Part shown: positions 53,844 to 64,000 of the stretch, piece after piece
Layout of the letters: the number at the start of each line of letters is the position of its first letter
Numbering within the stretch: the first letter of the stretch is position 1
Notes under the pieces: generated by a model
What the model was told of the DNA's origin: nothing
Seen by the model: only the letters and a program-made list of their open reading frames with translations
The model's database searches: none
Sequence record: NC_054920.1
DNA: 64,000 bases
Reading direction: 5' to 3' (one strand)
Source of the DNA: Escherichia phage vB_EcoM_G9062
Position numbers and translations under genes: made by a program

Positions 53844-56800
53844 ATGGCCGAGATTAAAAGAAAGTTCAGAGCAGAAGATGGTCTGGACGCAGGTGGCGAT
53901 AAAATAATCAACGTAGCTTTAGCTGACCGTACCGTAGGAACTGACGGTGTTAACGTTGATTACTTAATTCAAGAAAACACAGTTCAGCAATATGATCCAA
54001 CTCGTGGATATTTAAAAGATTTTGTAATCATTTATAATAATCGTTTTTGGGCAGCAACGGATAATATTCCAAAACCTGCTGGAAATTTTAATAGAATTCG
54101 TTGGAAAGCATTACGTACTGATGCCGTATATACAACCGTATCATCTGGACCATATCAATTAAAATCCGGAGAAGCAATTTCAGTAGATACATCAGTTGGC
54201 AATGACATTGAGTTTACTTTACCACCTTCTCCGCTTGATGGAGAAACCGTAATAATTCAAGATATCGGTGGAAAACCTGGCATAAATCAGGTTAAAATAA
54301 ATTCTTCAAATCAGAGTATTGTCAATTTTAGAGGTGAACAGGTACGTTCAGTTTTAATGACTCATCCAAAGTCACAGATGATATTCATTTTTAATAATCG
54401 TTTGTGGCAAATGTATGTTGCTGATTATAGCAGAGAAGCTGCGATTGTTACTCCATCGACTGCGTATCAAGCACAATCTAATGATTTTATCGTACGTAGA
54501 TTTACTTCTGCTGCACCAATTAATGTTAAACTTCCGAGATTTGCTAATCATGGCGATATTATTAATTTCGTTGATTTAGATAAACTGAATCCACTTTATC
54601 ATACAATTGTTACTACATACGATGAAACGACTTCAGTACAAGAAGTTGGAACTCATTCCATTGAAGGCCGTACATCGATTGACGGTTTCTTGATGTTTGA
54701 CGATAATGAGAAATTGTGGAGATTGTTTGACGGGGATAGTAAAGCACGTTTACGCATTATAACAACTAATTCAAATATTCGTCCAAATGAAGAAGTCATG
54801 GTATTTGGCGCGAATAATGGAACAACCCAAACAATTGAACTTCAGCTTCCGACTGATATTTCTGTTGGTGATACTGTTAAAATTTCCATGAATTACATGA
54901 GAAAAGGACAAACAGTTAAAATCAAAGCTGCTGGTGAAGATAAAATTGCTTCTTCAGTTCAATTGCTGCAATTCCCAAAACGTTCAGAATATCCGCCTGA
55001 AGCTGAATGGGTAACAGTTCAAGAATTAGTTTTTAATGGTGAAACTAATTATGTACCAGTTTTGCAACTTGCTTATATAGAAGATTCTGATGGAAAATAC
55101 TGGGTTGTACAGCAAAACGTTCCAACAGTTGAAAGAGTCGATTCTTTAAATAATTCTACTAGAGCAAGATTAGGCGTAATTGCTTTAGCTACACAAGCTC
55201 AAGCAAATGCTGATTTAGAAAATTCTCCACAAAAAGAATTAGCAATTACTCCAGAAACGTTAGCTAATCGTACTGCTACTGAAACTCGCAGAGGTATTGC
55301 AAGAATAGCAACTACTGCTCAAGTAAATCAGAACACCACATTCTCTTTTGCAGATGACCTTATCATCACTCCTAAAAAGCTGAATGAAAGAACTGCTACA
55401 GAAACTCGTAGAGGTGTTGCTGAAATTGCTACGCAGCAAGAAACTAATACAGGTACTGATGATACTACAATCATCACTCCTAAAAAGCTTCAAGCTCGTC
55501 AAGGTTCTGAATCATTATCTGGTATTGTAACTTTTGTATCTACCGCAGGAGCTACTCCAGCTTCTAGTCGTGAATTAAATGGTACGAATGTTTATAATAA
55601 AAACACTAATAATTTAGTTGTTTCACCTAAAGCTTTGGATCAGTATAAAGCTACTCCAACGCAACAAGGCGCAGTAATTTTAGCAGTTGAAAGTGAAGTA
55701 ATTGCTGGACAAAGCCAAGAAGGATGGGCAAATGCGGTTGTAACGCCAGAAACGTTACATAAAAAGACATCAACTGATGGAAGAATTGGTTTAATTGAAA
55801 TTGCTACGCAAAGTGAAGTTAATACAGGAACTGACTATACTCGTGCAGTCACTCCTAAAACTTTAAATGACCGTAGAGCAACTGAAAGTTTAAGTGGTAT
55901 AGCTGAAATTGCTACGCAAGTTGAATTCGACGCAGGCGTCGACGATACTCGTATCTCTACACCATTAAAAATTAAAACCAGATTTAATAGTACTGATCGT
56001 ACTTCTGTTGTTGCTCTATCTGGATTAGTTGAATCAGGAACTCTCTGGGACCATTATACCCTTAATATTCTTGAAGCAAATGAGACACAGCGTGGTACAC
56101 TTCGTGTAGCTACACAAGTTGAAGCTGCTGCAGGAACATTAGATAATGTTTTAATAACTCCTAAAAAGCTTTTAGGTACTAAATCTACCGAATCGCAAGA
56201 AGGTGTTATTAAAGTTGCAACTCAGTCTGAAACTGTGACTGGAACGTCAGCAAATACTGCTGTATCTCCAAAAAATTTAAAATGGATTGTGCAGAGTGAA
56301 CCAACTTGGGCAGCAACTACTCTGATAAGAGGGTTTGTTAAAACTTCTTCTGGTTCATTAACGTTTGTTGGTAATGATACGGTAGGTTCAACACAGCCAT
56401 TAGAATCATATGAGAAAAATGGTTATGCAGTATCACCATATGAATTAAATCGCGTATTAGCAAATTATTTGCCGTTAAAAGCAAAAGCTGCTGACGCAAA
56501 TTTATTAGATGGTCTAGATTCATCTCAGTTCATTCGTAGGGATATTGCCCAGACAGTTAATGGTTCACTAACCTTAACCAAACAAACGAACCTGAGTGCC
56601 CCTCTTGTATCATCTAGTACTGCTACGTTTGGTGGATCAGTTTCAGCAAATAGTACACTAACTATTTCTAATACTGGAACGGCAACTCAATTAATTTTTG
56701 AGAAAGGACCTCAAACTGGAACAAACCCGACTCAAACAATGACTGTAAAAGTGTGGGGAAATCAATTTAGTGGGGAGTCAGACACAACACGTTCTACTGT

Positions 56801-57713
56801 ATTTGAAGTTAGTGATGAAACTTCTAGTCATTTTTATTCTCAGCGTAATAAAGCTGGTAATATAACATTTAATATCAACGGTACAGTAACACCGATAAAT
56901 GTGAATGCTTCAGGAACATTGAATGCGAATGGCGTTGCTACATTTGGTAATTCAGTCACTGCAACTGGTGAAATTATTTCTCGAAGCGCAAATGCTTTCC
57001 GTGCTATTAATGGAAATTATGGTTTCATTATTCGTAATGACGGGTCAGTAACGAATTTTATGCTTACTGCATCAGGCAATCAAACTGGTGGATTTAATGG
57101 ATTACGTCCATTGTCCATTAATAATCAATCTGGGCAGGTCACAATTGGTGAAAGCTTGATCATTGCTAAAGGTGCTACTATAAATTCAGGTGGTTTAACT
57201 GTTAACTCGAGAATTCGTTCTCAAGGTGTTAAAACATCTGATTTATATACCCGTGCGCCGACATCTGATACTGTAGGATTCTGGTCAATCGATATTAATG
57301 ATTCAGCCACTTATAACCAGTTCCCGGGTTATTTTAAAATGGTTGAAAAAACTAATGAAGTTACTGGACTTCCATACTTAGAACGTGGCGAAGAAGTTAA
57401 ATCTCCTGGTACATTGACTCAGTTTGGTAACACACTTGATTCACTTTACCAAGATTGGATTACTTATCCAACGACTCCAGAAGCACGTACCACTCGCTGG
57501 ACACGTACATGGCAAAAAACTAAAAACTCTTGGTCAAGTTTTGTTCAGGTATTTGATGGAGGTAACCCTCCTCAACCTTCGGATATAGGAGCAATTCCAT
57601 CTGATAATGGAATAATAGGTAATCTTACTATTCGTGATTTCTTACGAATTGGTAATGTTCGCATTATTCCTGACCCAGTGAATAAAACTGTTAAATTTGA
57701 ATGGGTTGAATAA
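53844..57713 (+). CDS. 34: long tail fibre proximal subunit gp34
   Basis: 1289 aa, same length as T4 gp34; repetitive beta-rich sequence. Confidence 0.95.
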   Translation: MAEIKRKFRAEDGLDAGGDKIINVALADRTVGTDGVNVDYLIQENTVQQYDPTRGYLKDFVIIYNNRFWAATDNIPKPAGNFNRIRWKALRTDAVYTTVSSGPYQLKSGEAISVDTSVGNDIEFTLPPSPLDGETVIIQDIGGKPGINQVKINSSNQSIVNFRGEQVRSVLMTHPKSQMIFIFNNRLWQMYVADYSREAAIVTPSTAYQAQSNDFIVRRFTSAAPINVKLPRFANHGDIINFVDLDKLNPLYHTIVTTYDETTSVQEVGTHSIEGRTSIDGFLMFDDNEKLWRLFDGDSKARLRIITTNSNIRPNEEVMVFGANNGTTQTIELQLPTDISVGDTVKISMNYMRKGQTVKIKAAGEDKIASSVQLLQFPKRSEYPPEAEWVTVQELVFNGETNYVPVLQLAYIEDSDGKYWVVQQNVPTVERVDSLNNSTRARLGVIALATQAQANADLENSPQKELAITPETLANRTATETRRGIARIATTAQVNQNTTFSFADDLIITPKKLNERTATETRRGVAEIATQQETNTGTDDTTIITPKKLQARQGSESLSGIVTFVSTAGATPASSRELNGTNVYNKNTNNLVVSPKALDQYKATPTQQGAVILAVESEVIAGQSQEGWANAVVTPETLHKKTSTDGRIGLIEIATQSEVNTGTDYTRAVTPKTLNDRRATESLSGIAEIATQVEFDAGVDDTRISTPLKIKTRFNSTDRTSVVALSGLVESGTLWDHYTLNILEANETQRGTLRVATQVEAAAGTLDNVLITPKKLLGTKSTESQEGVIKVATQSETVTGTSANTAVSPKNLKWIVQSEPTWAATTLIRGFVKTSSGSLTFVGNDTVGSTQPLESYEKNGYAVSPYELNRVLANYLPLKAKAADANLLDGLDSSQFIRRDIAQTVNGSLTLTKQTNLSAPLVSSSTATFGGSVSANSTLTISNTGTATQLIFEKGPQTGTNPTQTMTVKVWGNQFSGESDTTRSTVFEVSDETSSHFYSQRNKAGNITFNINGTVTPINVNASGTLNANGVATFGNSVTATGEIISRSANAFRAINGNYGFIIRNDGSVTNFMLTASGNQTGGFNGLRPLSINNQSGQVTIGESLIIAKGATINSGGLTVNSRIRSQGVKTSDLYTRAPTSDTVGFWSIDINDSATYNQFPGYFKMVEKTNEVTGLPYLERGEEVKSPGTLTQFGNTLDSLYQDWITYPTTPEARTTRWTRTWQKTKNSWSSFVQVFDGGNPPQPSDIGAIPSDNGIIGNLTIRDFLRIGNVRIIPDPVNKTVKFEWVE

Positions 57714-57721
57714 GAGGTATT

Positions 57722-58837
57722 ATGGAAAAATTTATGGCAGAGTTTGGACAAGGATATGTCCAAACGCCATTTTTATCGGAAAGCAATTCAGTAAGATATA
57801 AAATAAGCATAGCGGGCTCTTGCCCGCTTTCTACTGCAGGGCCATATGTTAAATTTCAGGATAATCCCGTTGGAAATCAAACATTTAGTGCAGGTCTTCA
57901 TTTAAGAGTTTTTGACCCTTCTACGGGAGCATTAGTTGATAGTAAGTCATATGCTTTTTCTGCTTCAAACAATACAACATCTGCCGCTTTTGTCAGTTTC
58001 ATGAATTCTTTGTCAAACAATAGACTTGTTGCTATATTAACTAGCGGAAAGGTTAATTTTCCTCCTGAAGTGGTATCTTGGTTAAGGGGAGCAGGAACTT
58101 CAGTTTTTCCATCAGATTCAGTATTGTCAAGATTTGACGTATCATATGCTGCTTTTTATACTTCTTCTAAAAGAGCTATTGCATTAGAGCATGTTAAACT
58201 AAGTAATAGAAAAAGCACAGATGATTATCAAACTATTTTAGATGTTGTATTTGATAGTTTAGAAGACGTCGGAGCGACAGGATTTCCAAAAAGAACTTAT
58301 GAAAGTGTCGAGCAATTCATGTCAGCAGTTGGTGGAACTAATAACGAAATTGCGCGATTGCCAACTTCAGCTGCTATAAGTAAACTTTCTGACTATAATT
58401 TAATTCCTGGTGATGTTCTTTATCTTAAAGCACAGTTATATGCTGATGCTGATTTACTTGATCTTGGAACTACAAACATATCCATTCGTTTTTATGATGC
58501 ATCAAATGGATATATTTCCTCTACCCAAGCTGAGTTTACTGGGCAAGCTGGGTCATGGGAATTAAAGGAAGATTATGTAGTTGTTCCTGAAAATGCAGTC
58601 GGATTTACTATATATGCGCAGAGAACTGCTCAAGCTGGTCAAGGCGGAATGAGGAATTTAAGCTTTTCTGAAGTATCAAGAAATGGCGGCATTTCAAAAC
58701 CTGCCGAATTTGGCGTCAACGGTATTCGCGTTAATTATGTCTGTGAATCGGCTTCACCTCCAGATATAATGGTACTTCCTACACAAGCCTCTTCTAAAAC
58801 TGGCAAAGTGTTTGGACAGGAATTTAGAGAAGTTTAA
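57722..58837 (+). CDS. 35: long tail fibre hinge protein gp35
   Basis: 371 aa, position between 34 and 36. Confidence 0.9.
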   Translation: MEKFMAEFGQGYVQTPFLSESNSVRYKISIAGSCPLSTAGPYVKFQDNPVGNQTFSAGLHLRVFDPSTGALVDSKSYAFSASNNTTSAAFVSFMNSLSNNRLVAILTSGKVNFPPEVVSWLRGAGTSVFPSDSVLSRFDVSYAAFYTSSKRAIALEHVKLSNRKSTDDYQTILDVVFDSLEDVGATGFPKRTYESVEQFMSAVGGTNNEIARLPTSAAISKLSDYNLIPGDVLYLKAQLYADADLLDLGTTNISIRFYDASNGYISSTQAEFTGQAGSWELKEDYVVVPENAVGFTIYAQRTAQAGQGGMRNLSFSEVSRNGGISKPAEFGVNGIRVNYVCESASPPDIMVLPTQASSKTGKVFGQEFREV

Positions 58838-58842
58838 ACTGA

Positions 58843-58860
58843 GGGAGCCTTCGGGTTCCC
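58843..58860 (+). terminator. hairpin GGGAGCC-ttcg-GGTTCCC after gene 35
   Basis: Stem with one G-U wobble, UUCG loop, followed by T-run. Confidence 0.6.
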
Positions 58861-58868
58861 TTTTTCTT

Positions 58869-58876
58869 TATAAATA
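58869..58876 (+). promoter_or_regulatory. late promoter TATAAATA upstream of gene 36
   Basis: Exact TATAAATA 24 nt before the ATG. Confidence 0.7.
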
Positions 58877-58899
58877 ATATTAAAATAAAGGGGCATATA

Positions 58900-59550
58900 A
58901 TGGCTGATTTAAAAGTAGGTTCAACTGTAGGTGGATCTGTCATTTGGCATCAAGGAAATTTTCCATTGAATTCAGCCGGTGACGATGTACTCTACAAATC
59001 ATTTAAAATATATTCAGAATATAATAAACCACAGGCAGCTGATAACGATTTCGTTTCTAAAGCTAATGGTGGTACTTACACCGGTCCAATTACTATTAAT
59101 TACGGGGTAAATAGTTATCTTCAATTAAGTAATAATGAAACCCCCATTCGAATTCGTTCTGGTGGCGGTACCGGTAATACTCTTGTAGTTGGCGGCTCTT
59201 CCGGCGGTATTAGTTTTAGACCTGCAGGTAGTGAAATCACTACTGGACAAATTACTATTACACCAGAAGGTTTGACAACATTTACCAGGGCTGTAACGGC
59301 TCCATCGGTAACTGTTACATCTACTCCTTCCGCAGCATCTGATGTTACTCGCAAAGATTATGTTGATGGAGCAATAAATACTGTTACAGCAAATGCAAAC
59401 TCTAGGGTATTACGCTCTGGAGACACTATGACAGGAAATTTAACTGCGCCAAACCTTTTTTCACAGAATCCTGCATCTCAACCTTCACACGTTCCACGAT
59501 TTGACCAAATCGTAATTAAGGATTCTGTTCAAGATTTCGGCTATTATTAA
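58900..59550 (+). CDS. 36: long tail fibre distal connector gp36
   Basis: 216 aa, position between 35 and 37. Confidence 0.9.
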   Translation: MADLKVGSTVGGSVIWHQGNFPLNSAGDDVLYKSFKIYSEYNKPQAADNDFVSKANGGTYTGPITINYGVNSYLQLSNNETPIRIRSGGGTGNTLVVGGSSGGISFRPAGSEITTGQITITPEGLTTFTRAVTAPSVTVTSTPSAASDVTRKDYVDGAINTVTANANSRVLRSGDTMTGNLTAPNLFSQNPASQPSHVPRFDQIVIKDSVQDFGYY

Positions 59551-59558
59551 GAGGACTT

Positions 59559-62525
59559 ATGGCTACTTTAAAACAAATACAATTTAAAAGAAGCAAAACT
59601 GCAGGTCAACGTCCTGCAGCTTCAGTATTAGCCGAAGGTGAATTGGCTATAAACTTAAAAGATAAAACAATTTTCACAAAAGATGACTCAGGTAGTGTTA
59701 TAGAATTAGGTTTAAAATATGGAGGAACTATAAATGGATCTTTAGAGGTTACAGAAAATATAACTGGAACTTTAATTGGAAATTCTAGTACAGCTACTAA
59801 ATTGCAAACACCTAGGAAAATTAATGGTATATCTTTTGATGGATCAAAGGACATTACACTAACTCCATCTGATATAAATGTAAATAGTACAACGTTTATA
59901 AAAAATAACGGCGAATTACCTGTTGATGCTAATTTAGATGAGTATGGGCCTGTTGAAGAATATCTTGGAGTTTGGTCGAAAGCAACTTCAACCAACGCTC
60001 AACCAGCAAATAAATTTCCAGAAGAAAATGCTGTAGGTGTTCTAGAAGTATTTGTGGCCGGTCAATTTGCTGGTACTCAGAGATATACAACTAGATACGG
60101 AAATGTTTATATTCGTTCCTTGACTGCTACATGGAACGGAGTAAACGGTCCGTGGAGTGCGTGGCGAAATATTCAATCTGGTACTCGTCCACTGTCAACA
60201 ACGATTGATCTTAATGATCTAGGAGGCGCTGAACACCTTGGTTTGTGGCGAAATAGTTCAAATTCCATTGCTACCTTTGACAGAAATTTCCCAGAAGAAG
60301 GATCGTCCGCTCAAGGACTTTTAGAAGTATATGAAGGTGGAAACTATTCTCGCACACAGAGATATACGACCAGATTTGGTGTTGTTTATACTCGTTGTCT
60401 TGCTGCTGCGTGGGATGCTTCTGCGCCTAAATGGGGACCTTGGCAACAAGTCGGTAATGTCACACCGGCGACTTTCTATGACGGAGATCTGAATGATTTT
60501 AAAACTCCTGGGTTATATAATATTTTAGGCACTGATGCCGTTATTAACTGTCCTACCGGTGAAGGTTTGCCGACTGTTATTGTTGGTTTGCTGGAAGTTA
60601 AACAGCGTGCTTCTGGCGGTGCTATTTTCCAAAAATTTACTACTGCCGGAACGGGTGCAACTACTCGCGATCGTATTTTTGAGCGTGCATATACTGGTGG
60701 TGTGTGGGGTGCATGGAACGAAGTATATACATCTTATTCTCTGCCAATTACTTTGGGTATGGGTGGTATTAAAACTCAATTAGCGGAGCTAGACTGGCAA
60801 ACCTTTGATTTTGTTCCTGGTAGTATGTTTAGTGTTCCTTTGAACAAAATAAAGAACATGCCAGCAAATATGGATTGGGGTGCGATTGACGGAAACTTGG
60901 TTATGTTTTCTGTCGGTCCTAGCGAACACACTAGCACAGGGCGTACTGTTCAGGTTTGGCGTGGTACTGTATCCCAGACAAACTACCGTTATTTTGTCGT
61001 TCGTGTGTTCGGTAATTCTGGAAATAGAACTTGCACAGTTCGCCGTGTTGTTCTTGAAGACGGATCACATACTTGGACTGCTAAACAAGATTTTAATGGC
61101 GCAGTTAATTTTAACTCTACTGTTAACCTTAATAACACTACCACATTTAAAACAGAAGTTAAATTTCGCGCATTGAATGCGTTCCGCCTGTATGGCGGAA
61201 AATTTGGTACATTTTTCCGTAATGATGGAGAGAGTCTTTATATTCTTTCCACCGACGAAGATGATCAAGATGGAAACTTTAACACAAATAGACCTTTCCG
61301 TTATGAATTAAGAACTGGTGATGTTACTTTGGGTGGTACTAGTGGTGCTAACGTTTTAAAATTAAAACGTGATTCTCTCACCGCATTTTTTGGTGGTGAT
61401 ATTAACATGAAAGGCTTGATGACTTTTGACGCCGGACGTTTAGGATCACGAGATTATTTTAAATTTAACCATTGGGGTGATAGCAATAACGCTCGTGATA
61501 ACATTATTCAGTTAGAAGATAGCAAAGGCGTTCATTTTTCCACTGAACGTACTTTAGCGACTGGTGCAATTAAGACTAAATTTTTTGGTGAAGTTGAATC
61601 CGAAGGTAGATTGATTATTAAACGTCCGGGTGATTCTATTGTATTATCAACAACTGCTAGTAATTCTTTGCATATTCGCGGTGATATAGACGGGACTGGT
61701 AACTGGTATATTGGTAAAGGTGGTGCTGATAATGGATTAGCGTTCTATAGTTATGCTACTAATGCTGGTGTATACATTACAAACGCAGGAGATATCTCGC
61801 TAAGTCCAAAGGGTGCCGAAATGGCTCAGGTCAATAACGTTCGATTATATGTTCATGGTGAACGTTGGACTGCTAGTCAACCAGGTGATTGGGGTAGTCA
61901 GTGGCAAGTGGAAGCGCCAATATTCGTCGATCATGGTTATGTTGGACCAGATAGCTATTATCCAATTATTAAAGGAAGAAGTGTAATCACCAATCAAGGG
62001 TTTGTAACTGCCGTCGATCTTGGTATTCGTCGTGTCAATAACAATTGGGGACAAGCAATTATTCGTGTTGGATCTGCGGAGGCATCGCCAGCGGCTGGAC
62101 ACCCTAACGCGATATTTGAATTTCATTACGACGGTACTTTCTATTCTCCTGGTAATGGTAACTTTAACGATGTGTATATTCGTTCCGATGGTCGACTTAA
62201 GATCAATAAAGAAGAGTTAGAAAACGGAGCACTTGAAAAAGTATGCCGACTGAAAGTTTATACATACGATAAGGTTAAGTCTATTAAAGATCGTAGTGTT
62301 ATTAAACGTGAAGTTGGTATTATTGCTCAGGATCTTGAAAAAGAATTATCAGAAGCTGTATCTAAAGTTGAAGTTGATGGATCTGATGTTCTGACAATTT
62401 CTAACTCCGCTGTAAATGCTCTTTTAATTAAGGCTATCCAAGAAATGAGCGAAGAAATTAAAGAATTAAAAACGCCTTTCTTCACTAAAATTGCTCGCAA
62501 AATTAGTAATTATTTTAAATTCTAA
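59559..62525 (+). CDS. 37: long tail fibre distal subunit gp37 (T2-type, with C-terminal intramolecular chaperone)
   Basis: 988 aa; conserved N-terminus; C-terminal ~112 aa after the motif [13 protein letters not shown] resembles self-cleaving intramolecular chaperone domains. Confidence 0.9.
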   Translation: MATLKQIQFKRSKTAGQRPAASVLAEGELAINLKDKTIFTKDDSGSVIELGLKYGGTINGSLEVTENITGTLIGNSSTATKLQTPRKINGISFDGSKDITLTPSDINVNSTTFIKNNGELPVDANLDEYGPVEEYLGVWSKATSTNAQPANKFPEENAVGVLEVFVAGQFAGTQRYTTRYGNVYIRSLTATWNGVNGPWSAWRNIQSGTRPLSTTIDLNDLGGAEHLGLWRNSSNSIATFDRNFPEEGSSAQGLLEVYEGGNYSRTQRYTTRFGVVYTRCLAAAWDASAPKWGPWQQVGNVTPATFYDGDLNDFKTPGLYNILGTDAVINCPTGEGLPTVIVGLLEVKQRASGGAIFQKFTTAGTGATTRDRIFERAYTGGVWGAWNEVYTSYSLPITLGMGGIKTQLAELDWQTFDFVPGSMFSVPLNKIKNMPANMDWGAIDGNLVMFSVGPSEHTSTGRTVQVWRGTVSQTNYRYFVVRVFGNSGNRTCTVRRVVLEDGSHTWTAKQDFNGAVNFNSTVNLNNTTTFKTEVKFRALNAFRLYGGKFGTFFRNDGESLYILSTDEDDQDGNFNTNRPFRYELRTGDVTLGGTSGANVLKLKRDSLTAFFGGDINMKGLMTFDAGRLGSRDYFKFNHWGDSNNARDNIIQLEDSKGVHFSTERTLATGAIKTKFFGEVESEGRLIIKRPGDSIVLSTTASNSLHIRGDIDGTGNWYIGKGGADNGLAFYSYATNAGVYITNAGDISLSPKGAEMAQVNNVRLYVHGERWTASQPGDWGSQWQVEAPIFVDHGYVGPDSYYPIIKGRSVITNQGFVTAVDLGIRRVNNNWGQAIIRVGSAEASPAAGHPNAIFEFHYDGTFYSPGNGNFNDVYIRSDGRLKINKEELENGALEKVCRLKVYTYDKVKSIKDRSVIKREVGIIAQDLEKELSEAVSKVEVDGSDVLTISNSAVNALLIKAIQEMSEEIKELKTPFFTKIARKISNYFKF
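62187..62522 (+). other. predicted C-terminal intramolecular chaperone domain of gp37, removed by autocleavage
   Basis: S-D-x-R-L-K type cleavage motif at codons 62184-62201 (S|DGRLK). Confidence 0.5.
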
Positions 62526-62531
62526 CAACAA

Positions 62532-62544
62532 GGGGCTTTGCCCC
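62532..62544 (+). terminator. hairpin GGGGC-ttt-GCCCC between 37 and 38
   Basis: Short GC hairpin followed by TTT. Confidence 0.45.
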
Positions 62545-62557
62545 TTTGGAGAAAATT

Positions 62558-63358
62558 ATGGCAGTAGTTGGTGTTCCCGGTTGGATTGGAAGTTCATCCG
62601 TAAATGAAACAGGACAACGATGGATGAGTCAAGCAGCTGGTCAATTAAGATTGGGTGTTCCTTGCTGGATGAGCCAATTCGCCGGACGCTCAAGAGAGAT
62701 TATTCATACTGTAAGTGCTAATCATAATTTTAATGGTCAGTGGTTCCGTGATAGATGCTTTGAAGCTGGCGGTGCACCCATTGTATTCAATATTGTTGGT
62801 GATATCGTTTCTTATTCTAAAGATGTGCCACTTTTCTTTATGTATGGGGATACGCCTAATGAATATGTTGTTCTTAATATTCATGGTGGTGTTCATATGT
62901 GGGGTCGTGGTGGTAATGGTGGATACACTCACTCAGGAGGCGACGGTAACGGTACACAAGGCGGTCATGTTATTCAAAATGATATCGGTGGACGGCTTCG
63001 TATTTGGAACTACGGTGTTATAGCTGCTGGTGGTGGCGGTGGTGGTGGTATTGCATATCGTCCACACTCAGGGGCAAACTGGCAAGATATCGGTGGCGGT
63101 GGTGGTCGACCTTTCGGTGGCGCTGGCGGCGGCGGTTATTCCGGTGGTGCTGCTTCGTATGAAGGTCCGGGTGGTGGTTATGACTATGGTAACGCACACT
63201 CCGGCGCTGGTGGTAATGCTGGTGCTTCTGGTCAGAATGCATGGTCTGACGGCGGTAAAGTTCTTAAAGTTGGTGTTGGTGGTGCGTCTGGTCATGCAGT
63301 GTTTGGATCTTCTCCAACTTGGGGTGCTGTTGGAACAATTTACGGACCAAGAGTATAA
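62558..63358 (+). CDS. 38: receptor-recognising adhesin gp38 (T2-type, glycine-rich motifs)
   Basis: 266 aa from the ATG at 62558 (track starts at a TTG); conserved N-terminus [13 protein letters not shown]; C-terminal half has poly-Gly stretches (GGGGGGG, GGGGG) separated by short variable segments. Confidence 0.88.
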   Translation: MAVVGVPGWIGSSSVNETGQRWMSQAAGQLRLGVPCWMSQFAGRSREIIHTVSANHNFNGQWFRDRCFEAGGAPIVFNIVGDIVSYSKDVPLFFMYGDTPNEYVVLNIHGGVHMWGRGGNGGYTHSGGDGNGTQGGHVIQNDIGGRLRIWNYGVIAAGGGGGGGIAYRPHSGANWQDIGGGGGRPFGGAGGGGYSGGAASYEGPGGGYDYGNAHSGAGGNAGASGQNAWSDGGKVLKVGVGGASGHAVFGSSPTWGAVGTIYGPRV

Positions 63359-63388
63359 TTTGAATAAATATCCTTAAAAGGAGGGTCT

Positions 63389-64000
63389 ATGGCAGCACCT
63401 AGAATATCATTTTCGCCCTCTGATATTCTGTTGGGTGTTCTAGATCGCTTGTTCAAAGATAATGCTACCGGGAAAGTTCTTGCTTCCCGGGTAGCTGTCG
63501 TAATTCTTTTGTTTATAATGGCGATTGTTTGGTATAGGGGAGATAGTTTCTTTGAGTACTATAAGCAATCAAAGTATGAAACATATAGTGAAATTATTGA
63601 AAAGGAAAGAAATGCACGCTTTGAATCTGTCGCCCTGGAACAACTCCAGATAGTTCACATATCATCTGAGGCAGACTTTAGTGCGGTGTATTCTTTCCGC
63701 CCTAAAAACTTAAACTATTTTGTTGATATTATAGCATATGAAGGAAAATTACCTTCAACAATAAGTGAAAAATCACTTGGAGGATATCCTGTTGATAAAA
63801 CTATGGATGAATATACAGTTCATTTAAATGGACGTCATTATTATTCCAACTCAAAATTTGCTTTTTTACCAACTAAAAAGCCTACTCCCGAAATAAACTA
63901 CATGTACAGTTGTCCATATTTTAATTTGGATAATATCTATGCTGGAACAATAACTATGTACTGGTATAGAAATGATCATATAAGTAATGACCGCCTTGAA
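63389..64000 (+). CDS. t: holin (gene t), 5' portion; 3' end beyond window
   Basis: ATG at 63389 with RBS AGGAGGG; translation MAAPRISFSPSDILLGVLDRLFKDNATGKVLASRVAVVILLFIMAIVWY... matches T4 holin T; ORF runs to the window end. Confidence 0.88.
   Translation, partial: MAAPRISFSPSDILLGVLDRLFKDNATGKVLASRVAVVILLFIMAIVWYRGDSFFEYYKQSKYETYSEIIEKERNARFESVALEQLQIVHISSEADFSAVYSFRPKNLNYFVDIIAYEGKLPSTISEKSLGGYPVDKTMDEYTVHLNGRHYYSNSKFAFLPTKKPTPEINYMYSCPYFNLDNIYAGTITMYWYRNDHISNDRLE

Noticed and set aside
63018-63295. His/Arg-rich and Thr-rich ORFs (74-75 aa) on the minus strand
   Set aside because: They are antisense to the glycine-rich part of gene 38; runs of GGT/GGC codons read on the other strand give ACC/GCC/CAC-type codons. 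A compositional artefact with no start context.
62690-63377. Additional overlapping ORFs on both strands (80-115 aa)
   Set aside because: All lie inside gene 38 in alternative frames; the low-complexity coding sequence keeps several frames open by chance.

Overview
This window is a contiguous segment of a T-even (T4-like, Tevenvirinae) coliphage genome, recognised from protein sequences and gene order recalled from T4; no database search was run. The plus strand carries the late morphogenetic genes 17(3' part)-18-19-20-67-68-21-22-23-24, uvsW/uvsW.1, baseplate genes 51-27-28-29-48-54, tail-fibre genes 34-35-36-37-38 and the 5' part of holin gene t. The minus strand carries rnlB, hoc, inh, uvsY, 25, 26, two tandem alt genes, DNA ligase 30, the 30.x accessory cluster, rIII, 31, cd and cd.x, pseT, a spanin pair, alc, rnlA, denA, nrdB, an HNH homing endonuclease, nrdA, td, frd, 32, 59, 33, dsbA and rnh. 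Late promoters (TATAAATA), early promoters (GTTTAC-N18-extended -10) and many GC hairpin terminators are visible directly. The phage is of the T2/T6 type rather than T4 itself: gp38 is a glycine-rich adhesin, gp37 has a C-terminal self-cleaving chaperone motif, td and nrdB are intron-less, and segD and segE are absent. I did not find a clearly new multi-gene system. The features most worth follow-up are a tandem pair of full-length Alt ADP-ribosyltransferase paralogs, a Hoc gene with an extra Ig-like domain from an internal tandem duplication, a 54-bp perfectly duplicated early promoter/leader at two loci, an extra ORF between frd and td, an apparent frameshift at an A-run in gene 67, a HAD-phosphatase plus NADAR-like gene pair beside ligase and alt, and several unannotated small ORFs.
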